Assembly (NCBI GenBank): GCA_963674735.2
Contig: CAXXQS010000002.1
Location: forward strand, 832,001-896,000
Reading direction: 5' to 3'
Source of the DNA: Myxococcota bacterium
GTDB lineage: Bacteria > Myxococcota_A > SURF-8
DNA length: 64,000 bases
The notes beneath the pieces are model-generated. The model searched no databases. It was given only the letters and a program-made list of their open reading frames with translations, and was not told the DNA's origin. Each line of letters opens with the position of its first letter. Position 1 is the stretch's first letter. Both the position numbers and the translations under genes were made by a program. Positions 1 through 7,359 of this stretch are shown in pieces.

Positions 1-219
1 ATCACCGCCCGTTTCATTCCCGAAGCCGGTCCCGCCGACATCCGTCTGGCGGCTTTGCTCGCCCAGGTGGACGGTCGGCGCTCCGCCGAAGACGTGGCCG
101 ACCGGACCGCGCAGACCCGTCCGGATCTGTTCCCCACCCCGGAAGACGCCCTGAACGAACTCATCCGGCAATGGCGCAAACGGCCGCTCAAGCCGCTCAA
201 GAAAGGATCGTCGGAATGA
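1..219 (+). CDS. 3' end of a gene cut by the window edge; C-terminus resembles a PqqD/RRE-like winged-helix tail
   Basis: Frame 1 is open from base 1 to TGA at 217-219 (ITARFIPEAG...LAQVDGRRSAEDVADR...PDLFPTPEDALNEL). Its stop overlaps the next ATG (ATGA). The DG-x2-S-x2-D-V-A pattern is PqqD-like (inference). Confidence 0.5.
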   Translation: MTARFIPEAGPADIRLAALLAQVDGRRSAEDVADRTAQTRPDLFPTPEDALNELIRQWRKRPLKPLKKGSSE

Positions 220-1298
220 CCGACCGGCCTGCACCCGACTACGAGGCGCTCCTGGCCAAAGTGATCGACCGCTACGCTAGCGCCAAGATTCCCCTGGCCG
301 CCCAACTCGAACTCACCAAACGTTGCTCGCTCAACTGTGTCCATTGCTACGTGGATCATGCCGCAGCCGGAACGGAACTGACAACGGAGGAATGGATCGC
401 CGTCCTGGACGAGCTCGCGGCCTTCGGCGTTTTGCAGGTGGTCTTCACCGGGGGCGAACCCTTCCTGCGGTCCGACATCTGGACCCTGCTCGAAGCCGCC
501 GCCGAGCGGCAGTTTTACATCCGTCTTCTAACCTCCGGGACACGCTTCAAACCCGGCGACATCGCACGGTTGCAGGATCTTCCGCTGGCCGAATTGCATC
601 TGTCGCTTTACAGCCACATCCCCGAACGCCACGATGCCGTCACCACCGTTCCCGGCAGTTTCGAGAAAACGCGGCACAGCCTGATCGAGGCGCGCGCCGC
701 CGGTCTATCGGTATGGGTGAAAGCCATCGTGATGCGCGGCAACCGCACCGACATTCCCGAGGTGGCGCGTCTGGCGCGTGAGCAGGGTTGCCACCTCACG
801 CTGGATGCCAATCTCACACCCGCCGAGAATGACGCCCGCGATCCCCTGGCTTATCGTCTGACGGAAACGGAGATGGTGGACTTTTTCGCCGATCCGCAAA
901 ACGCCCGGCTGTTCGTCGAGGCGGACACCCTGGCGGAAGCCTGCGCCGCTCTGGCCAATCCCGCCACGAGCGGCCAAATCTGCAACGTGGGACGCGCCAC
1001 CGCCGTCATCGACGCCTACGGCAACGTGCAACCCTGCGCCCTGTATCCGCCCCTCGATTCCATTCGCAACCGATCCTTCTCCGAAATCTGGCAAAACAAC
1101 CCCGACATCGAGCGCTTGCGCAGCCTGATCTATGAAGAACAGACACAGTGTCCGGGTTGTCCGCACGTGGCCGTCTGCTCGCCTTGTCCGGCCTTGGCGC
1201 AGATCGAGAACGGCGATGCGCGGAGCTGTTCGAGCGGCGCACGTCTGCAGGCCATCGCTTTCGAGAATCTGAAAGCGAAGCTGGAAAAGCCTGAATAA
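216..1298 (+). CDS. Radical SAM/SPASM domain protein (PqqE/NirJ-like, possible peptide maturase)
   Basis: CSLNCVHC (CxxxCxxC), FTGGEP, and SPASM cysteines C-NVG...GNVQPC...CPGCPHVAVCSPCPA. Start set at ATG 216, which overlaps the upstream stop. Confidence 0.9.
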   Translation: MTDRPAPDYEALLAKVIDRYASAKIPLAAQLELTKRCSLNCVHCYVDHAAAGTELTTEEWIAVLDELAAFGVLQVVFTGGEPFLRSDIWTLLEAAAERQFYIRLLTSGTRFKPGDIARLQDLPLAELHLSLYSHIPERHDAVTTVPGSFEKTRHSLIEARAAGLSVWVKAIVMRGNRTDIPEVARLAREQGCHLTLDANLTPAENDARDPLAYRLTETEMVDFFADPQNARLFVEADTLAEACAALANPATSGQICNVGRATAVIDAYGNVQPCALYPPLDSIRNRSFSEIWQNNPDIERLRSLIYEEQTQCPGCPHVAVCSPCPALAQIENGDARSCSSGARLQAIAFENLKAKLEKPE

Positions 1299-1311
1299 TC
1301 GGGGTGAAACG

Positions 1312-1341
1312 AAAAAACGCCCCCCGATTGGGAGGGCGTTT
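1312..1341. terminator. Intrinsic terminator between the convergent radical SAM gene and atpE
   Basis: Stem AAACGCCC...GGGCGTTT with an A-tract on the left, giving a U-tract for the minus-strand transcript. Confidence 0.75.
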
Positions 1342-1361
1342 CGTATGATCGCCGTTCGCGC

Positions 1362-1694
1362 TTAGACGTTCACCTTGAAGGTCAAGATGATGGTGATGAC
1401 AAACGCGTAGATGACCAGGGACTCGATCAGGGCCAGGCCGATGATCATCGGGGTCAGGATTTTACCCGACGCGCCCGGATTGCGCGCGATCCCTTCCAGA
1501 GCCGCCGCCGCCGCACGGCCCTGAGCCAGCGCGCCGCCGAAAGCCGCAATACCGATGCCCAGACCCGCCGCCAGAGCGATATAGCCCATGACGCCGTCGG
1601 CCGCCGCCGCCGCACCGTCAGCGGCAAACGCGGTCATCGAATACAAAAACGAAACCAAACCCACTAGAATCGAACCGATCAACCCTTTTTTCAT
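1362..1694 (-). CDS. atpE: ATP synthase F0 subunit c
   Basis: GLGIGIAAFGGALAQG, ARNP loop and LIESLVIY. AGGAG precedes the MKKGL start. Confidence 0.97.
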   Translation of the reverse strand: MKKGLIGSILVGLVSFLYSMTAFAADGAAAAADGVMGYIALAAGLGIGIAAFGGALAQGRAAAAALEGIARNPGASGKILTPMIIGLALIESLVIYAFVITIILTFKVNV

Positions 1695-1753
1695 CTGTAT
1701 CTCCTTTCTAGTAACCATGAATATATCGAAACCTTAATGCCGTACTCTTTTTT

Positions 1754-2488
1754 TTAGTGATCGTGCGACACCGCCAAGGCGATGTAGATGGTGGACAGGA
1801 GCGTGAACACAAAGGCCTGAATAAAGGCCACAAACAGCCCCAGTCCGACGAAAATCATCGGCACGATCAGATAGGTCAAATCGGTAAAGATACCCAACAC
1901 CATGTGGTCGCCGGTGATGTTACCGGCCAGACGCAAGCTCAGGCTGACCGGGCGCACCAAGTGGCCGATCAATTCGATGGGCACCATCAGCCACGCCAAC
2001 CAGATGATCGGCCCGGCGAAATGTTTCAGATAGCCGATGCCGTGTTCCTTGAAACCGGCATAGTTGTAATAAAGGAAAATGGTTCCGGCACAGGCCAGAT
2101 TGGTGGCCACCGTCGAGGTCGGCGGCGGAAAGCCGGGAATGGAACCCAGCAGATTCGAAAAAAGGATGAAGATGAAGGTGACGATGAGAATCGGCACATG
2201 CTTTTCGGCGCCGTGCCCGATGACGTCGTGCACCAGCGTTTCCAGCTTTTCGATCATGAAATCGAACAGCGCGGTCAGGCCGAAACGGGAAGGCGGAACG
2301 ACATTGGCTTTGGGATCGCGATAACGCGCGCCCACGGTAAAGGCGACAAAGCTCAAAAACAGGAAAACAAGCGTCGCCGACACCATGTGCTGAGCGGTTT
2401 GCCCTTCCTCAAGCACACCCATGTGCATCAGCCACTCGTTCAGCGCTTCATAACCGGGGATCAGACCATACCAGGAAAAATGCTCCAT
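1754..2488 (-). CDS. atpB: ATP synthase F0 subunit a
   Basis: NLLGSIPG, RPVSLSLRLAGN and IQAFVFTLLSTIYI motifs. Start set at MEHFSW. Confidence 0.97.
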   Translation of the reverse strand: MEHFSWYGLIPGYEALNEWLMHMGVLEEGQTAQHMVSATLVFLFLSFVAFTVGARYRDPKANVVPPSRFGLTALFDFMIEKLETLVHDVIGHGAEKHVPILIVTFIFILFSNLLGSIPGFPPPTSTVATNLACAGTIFLYYNYAGFKEHGIGYLKHFAGPIIWLAWLMVPIELIGHLVRPVSLSLRLAGNITGDHMVLGIFTDLTYLIVPMIFVGLGLFVAFIQAFVFTLLSTIYIALAVSHDH

Positions 2489-2564
2489 CTTCGCCACCCT
2501 GCATGCACGCGGCCCAACTGCGGAGAAAACTTTCCTCTTCAGCAAGACTGCCGTTCACGACGCA

Positions 2565-2807
2565 CTACTGATCGTTGTCTATGTTCGAATCTGCTTTTTC
2601 GAGCCACGAGAGAATCTGCTTGATTCTCCAGAAGATGCCCAGCAGCGACCCCAAAACGCCTAGCAAGATAAAGACCGGGGGAGTTCCGAGCCAACTATCG
2701 ACGAGATAGCCGAGAATTGCCCCGCCTCCCGCCATCCCGGCGACTTCTGCACCCAGCGAAAGAAAAACGGCTGATTTTCGTAAGTTACGGTTTTTTCTGT
2801 CTTTCAT
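2565..2807 (-). CDS. atpZ: AtpZ/AtpI family (ATPase gene 1) small membrane protein
   Basis: G-x3-GYLVDSWLGTPP-x-F-x3-G motif; located upstream of atpB. Confidence 0.8.
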   Translation of the reverse strand: MKDRKNRNLRKSAVFLSLGAEVAGMAGGGAILGYLVDSWLGTPPVFILLGVLGSLLGIFWRIKQILSWLEKADSNIDNDQ

Positions 2808-2988
2808 CCCACTGTCTGCTGTGTCGTCTAGACTCTTGCAGGCCTTCCCCTCGTAGCACATTCACACAACAGAGTCAAGAAATAACATGGCTGATGGGCA
2901 AATGCCGAAGCGCGGAACGAATCTCGGCCAACAGGACGTGGCACGGATGGCAAAGCTATGTTAAACTGCGTTCTTTCGGAGGAATGGG

Positions 2989-4809
2989 ATGAGATTTTCA
3001 CGAATACTCGCGGGGCTCGGCGCAGCCCTCATCGGCTTGTGGGCCGTCTCGGCCACCTGGACTCAAGTCGGCTGTGAAGATCATTGGTGGCATATTCTGA
3101 CCGGACAGGTGATCGCCGCAAGCGGGCACATCCCCACAATCGACCTGTTCTCGTTCACCTTCCCCGGACATCCCTGGACCAACTGGGAGTGGCTGGGCAG
3201 TCTGTGGCTTTATGGCGTCCACCGGCTCGGCGGAGCCGACGGCCTGATCGTCCTGCGTATGGGCGGATTGCTCGTGCTGGGCTTGATTCTGGCTGCCCAC
3301 GGCCGTCTGCTGGCGCGTGCCGAAAATGCGCCTTCGCCGGTGGGGCGGACCCTCCTCCTGTTTCTGGTGTTGACGATCGTCTATCCGCGCGTGGCCGACC
3401 GTCCCCACACCCTGGCGTTTCCGCTGGCGGCGCTGGCTGCATACGGGGCCGACCTGGCGCGCCTGCGCGGAAAACGCTGGCCGCTCGCCGCCCTGTTCCC
3501 CCTGACGATCCTGTGGCGCAATCTGCATCCATCGTGGATCCTGTCTCCGCTCATCCTGGGCTGCAGCGGCCTGTCCGCCCTGCAAAAAGCCCGTCACCAT
3601 CTCTCCCCTTCCGAAACGGCCCGGCTTTTTCGGCACTGGCTGCTGGCCGGACTGGCGCTGCTCTCCGCGTTCCTGCTATCCCCTTACCTGGGCGACAGCG
3701 GCACGATGATCGGCACCTTGTTTACCCACAAAGTCTCCGCCGAATGGGTCTCGCTGGCCGGAGCCTTTTCCCCGCGCTACACGCCCGGATTGGTCGCTTT
3801 TTTGCTGCTCGTCGCCTTGACCGGCGGCGGCCTGCTGGCCCAATGGCGGCGCAATCGCTCCGGTTTGTTGATCGGCGACGGCCTGCTGGTCCTCTCGACG
3901 ATCGCCCTGGCGGTGCTCCATGCCCGCTTCACGGCACAAGCGGCGATTCTGGCCTATCCCGTATTGTGTCGCCTGTATGCCCCTGCGAAACGCCGCCCCG
4001 ACGAGGAAACCGGAATGTCGGGACGCCGTGCGGCACTGGGCGCGGGAGCCATGTTGCTGGCCGCCATCCTGGCCTTTGCGGCCTCGGAGCAGGTCAAACA
4101 GGTGATGGGAACCCGCGCCGGGTGGGGAGTCAATCGGCACGATAACCCGGTGGCGGCGGTGGACTACATCGAGCGCCACGATCTGCGTTTGAACCCGATC
4201 ACCAGCAGCACCGATCTGGCCGCCTACCTGTTGTTCCGCCGCTGGCCCAAACAGCGCAGTTTCATCGATGGCCGCGTGCCGACCCTGTTTCCCGTGGAGT
4301 TTATCCGGCGCTACAACGAAATGAGCGGCCCCGCCGAGTTCGACGCCCTGACCGCTCAATATGAAGTGGGCCTGGTTCTGATCGGCCACGGCCTGTTTGC
4401 TGCCGGGAATCGAAGCCTGCTCAACTACCTGACCCGTTCGCCGAAGTGGAGCCTGGTGTTTTTCGACAGCGAATCGGCCATTTTCACGGATTGTACGCAA
4501 GCCCCCCGGTCTTTTTGCGAGCGGGAAACCTTCCGCCTGCTCGATCCCTCCGATCATACGCTGCATTTCCTCACCGCACCGGGCGACCCCGACCGACGCG
4601 AACGACTCTGGGGCGAACTGGAACGAGCCGTCGCCAACCACCCGGCCGACGCGCTGGCTGCTCGCTATCTGTACCAAGCTGTGGCGCAATTGCCCGCCGA
4701 GCAACAAGCGGCCGCATTGCAACGGGCCGAACAACTGGCCGCCCGCTACCCGCAGGCCGCGTCGCTTCGGCGCGCACTGGAAGCGCTACGTGCCGATAGC
4801 GTACGATAG
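2989..4809 (+). CDS. Polytopic membrane protein, possibly a GT-C-type glycosyltransferase, with a helical C-terminal tail
   Basis: About 10 hydrophobic segments; DHWWH...G...P..D.FSFT...PW...EWL in the first loop, plus W.NLH and FIDGR motifs. Function is inferred. Confidence 0.55.
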   Translation: MRFSRILAGLGAALIGLWAVSATWTQVGCEDHWWHILTGQVIAASGHIPTIDLFSFTFPGHPWTNWEWLGSLWLYGVHRLGGADGLIVLRMGGLLVLGLILAAHGRLLARAENAPSPVGRTLLLFLVLTIVYPRVADRPHTLAFPLAALAAYGADLARLRGKRWPLAALFPLTILWRNLHPSWILSPLILGCSGLSALQKARHHLSPSETARLFRHWLLAGLALLSAFLLSPYLGDSGTMIGTLFTHKVSAEWVSLAGAFSPRYTPGLVAFLLLVALTGGGLLAQWRRNRSGLLIGDGLLVLSTIALAVLHARFTAQAAILAYPVLCRLYAPAKRRPDEETGMSGRRAALGAGAMLLAAILAFAASEQVKQVMGTRAGWGVNRHDNPVAAVDYIERHDLRLNPITSSTDLAAYLLFRRWPKQRSFIDGRVPTLFPVEFIRRYNEMSGPAEFDALTAQYEVGLVLIGHGLFAAGNRSLLNYLTRSPKWSLVFFDSESAIFTDCTQAPRSFCERETFRLLDPSDHTLHFLTAPGDPDRRERLWGELERAVANHPADALAARYLYQAVAQLPAEQQAAALQRAEQLAARYPQAASLRRALEALRADSVR

Positions 4810-4827
4810 CGGAAATCGACCTACGTT
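4782..4827 (+). repeat. Left copy of an imperfect 46 bp direct repeat (att-like), overlapping the stop of the 2989-4809 gene
   Basis: 40/46 identical to 7141-7186, with a perfect 17 bp core CGATAGCGGAAATCGAC. Confidence 0.85.
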
Positions 4828-5194
4828 GGGAGATTCAATTCTCGGGCAGACCGTGACAAAGTCGTAAACTCCTGCCTCTTGAATCGAGATGATGCTTGAT
4901 GAATGGGATGCTCTAATCTCCATTGATGGTCTGAAGCAGACCCAAAGCCACTTGCCGGAATACCCCGGTCACCGCCGCGCCGATTCCCTGGCCGTACCCG
5001 GCAGGTGTCTTTTCCCATCGAAACATTGGGTGTTTTCGATGCACATATATTTAAAATGGTTTTTTTCGGGACAGCAACAATACACTATTTATAATTCACA
5101 CCCAGATGAATTACCAAAAGAGGTATTTTGCTTGACACATATATTGTCTATCAAGTAAGTCTATGATGTAACAATAAAACAATAGGAGCTTACA

Positions 5195-6920
5195 ATGATG
5201 AAAAAGATCTGTAGCCTAGGCGTTTGTATGGTGGCAATGCTGTTTGCCTCAATAGGTCATACAGAATTGAAAAATCAATGCATCAATGGCAATGTCGATA
5301 TTGAAAGCGCCTGCATGGACGAACTCGCGAAGCAGAATACAATACGCAGTAAGTTTACTGGCTACCTGTTCACTCCCCCTTCCCCTAAAAATACTGGTGG
5401 GACACTGAGTCGAACGACAGTCTGCAACCGCACAGGATCGTATACCTATAACGACGATGTTACAATTAGTACAAATAGCACTTGTACTTGGCAAAGTGGA
5501 ACGATAACTATAAATGGGAGATTGATCGTTCCTGAGGGATCCACTTTAAACATCCAGACTAACTCCAGTTACAGTGAAACGGTAACCGTAACCGGGGTAG
5601 CTGGAGACAACGCTGCCGTATATGTGCGTGGAACCATGAATTTAACGGGACAGAACAATAATAAACACGTCACCTTATATATTGGTGCCGGAAAGCGTAT
5701 CTACTTGGAAGATTCTGGCTATCTACACGCTACGAGTAGCAAAACGGTTTCATCGCGAACCTATTTTCGTGGTTACAACAGCAACTCTTGGTACGGGATT
5801 GAAGCGGCGTGATCGTGGCATGAAAATCTCTATCGATGGTGGACTGGAGGCTTCACAAGTTCGCTTCTATAACATCGCAGGAGGGGCTAGTGCCATCAAG
5901 CATATTGGCGGTGAGAGTCTGAAAAATGCCTTGCTAGATGTAAAGGGAATGTATGTTTACAGTTCCGGAGTATCTAGTGATAAGGGGATTGTGGTCAATT
6001 GTGACGATCAGCCAAGGTCGACCCGACAGTATTATAGTGATTCGATACTTATTACGGACAGCGAGTTTGTTGGAATAGATTATCCGATATACTTCCTGAG
6101 TTGCTATGTGGATAACCCAGTCATTATCGACTCGAATGAATTTGAAAATGTTGGATCAGCAGGTGCAACATACCGCGCGATTCGACTTGAGGACTTCGAA
6201 TCTGGGTACAATATCGAGGTGATCAACAATATAATTACCGACGTTTACGGTCAAGGCATTTACTTGAATAACGTCTATTATGGATCGCTTCTAGTGGCAA
6301 GCCAGCTCAAAATAGAGCTGAATACGATTACCGGCGTGAAAGACGGGATTCTCGTCGATGATGCCTACCAGGATCGTGCGGATGGACAATGCGACATGTC
6401 TGTATCAGGTAACAGTGTCGAGGCTGTTGATGATGCTATACAAATCTTCAATATTCAAAATGAATATATAACAAATTGTCGATACGGGGATTCCGTTTAT
6501 ATCCACAACAACACTTTGGAGAAAGATGGCGACTACACAGCAGCAGACAATCACACCGGGATTTACATCAACAAATTTACAACGTATACGAGTGATGTAG
6601 ATGTTAGTTGGAACGAGATTACCGGGTTCGAGTATGGAATTGCAATCAATGAAAATTCTCAAGAGGTTAAAATTTATCAGAATGACCTCTACTTCGGTAG
6701 CGCACCTTCAGCGATCAATCCCAAACTCATACTCAGTTATGCAAATCTGACTACCATCGGCGGACCCAGTGCGAGTGACGGTAACTATTTTGGAACAAAC
6801 GGGGGTGATCCATTCAAATACCATATATACCTTTATGGTTCTAGTTGCGGTTGTAACTATAACACATTCGCAGATGCTTCTCCCAACATCAGCGGGATTG
6901 TCTGCACGAACAACCAATAA
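5195..6920 (+). pseudogene. Secreted right-handed beta-helix repeat protein, split by a +1 frameshift near 5807 (ORFs 5195-5812 and 5682/5820-6920)
   Basis: AGGAG RBS and signal peptide on ORF1. ORF1 ends at SWYGIEAA*, and removing one G gives ...GIEARDRGMKI..., an uninterrupted 574 aa protein with recurring I-x-x-N-x-I / GI repeats. Confidence 0.65.
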
Positions 6921-7024
6921 ACGAGAGCCACTAATGCGGTTTGCGTTATCCGACAAGATAACGGACAGCACGAGGGAGCCGATTTACTAAAACGGTTCAT
7001 TACGAGTATTTCATAATAATCCGC

Positions 7025-7056
7025 GGAGCGGGACGCAAATCCCGCTCCATATTTTC
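7025..7056 (+). terminator. Intrinsic terminator after the beta-helix gene
   Basis: GGAGCGGGA-cgcaaa-TCCCGCTCC hairpin followed by ATATTTTC. Confidence 0.6.
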
Positions 7057-7140
7057 TTGAAAGATTCCCTTCCGGGCGTTTTCCGTGAATCTATAAGTGC
7101 GAAGTTCCGAATAGTATCTTTTCCGCACGGCTGTCGGACC

Positions 7141-7186
7141 AGCGCTACGGACCGATGGCGTGCGATAGCGGAAATCGACTTGCGTT
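7141..7186 (+). repeat. Right copy of the imperfect 46 bp direct repeat
   Basis: Matches 4782-4827 at 40/46 positions. Confidence 0.85.
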
Positions 7187-7359
7187 TTTTCCTTTTCCCG
7201 AATCCCGCATCATGCTACATTCGGAAAGCCAACACGGGTTCAAAATCAGACTCGCCATTCAGACCGAATCCGGTTTCACGGGTATTAACGGTTCGTTGTA
7301 ATCAATTGCGCCTTCGGCCAAGCGGGGGGCATACCAAAATCAATCGAGGATCTGTCACA

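Larger units (their letters stand above)
4782..7186. mobile_element. Small AT-richer genomic island bounded by direct repeats, with no integrase
   Basis: Abrupt drop in GC and foreign codon usage between the two repeat copies. Confidence 0.65.

Noticed and set aside
4830-5160. Short ORFs at the island's left end as an integrase remnant
   Set aside because: No recombinase motif recognisable in the frames I read.
7057-7359. Long N-terminal extensions in the ORF track (also 10205-10420, 29594-29995, 59968-60396)
   Set aside because: They run through repeats or promoters, and the downstream ATGs have an RBS or fit the family-typical N-terminus.
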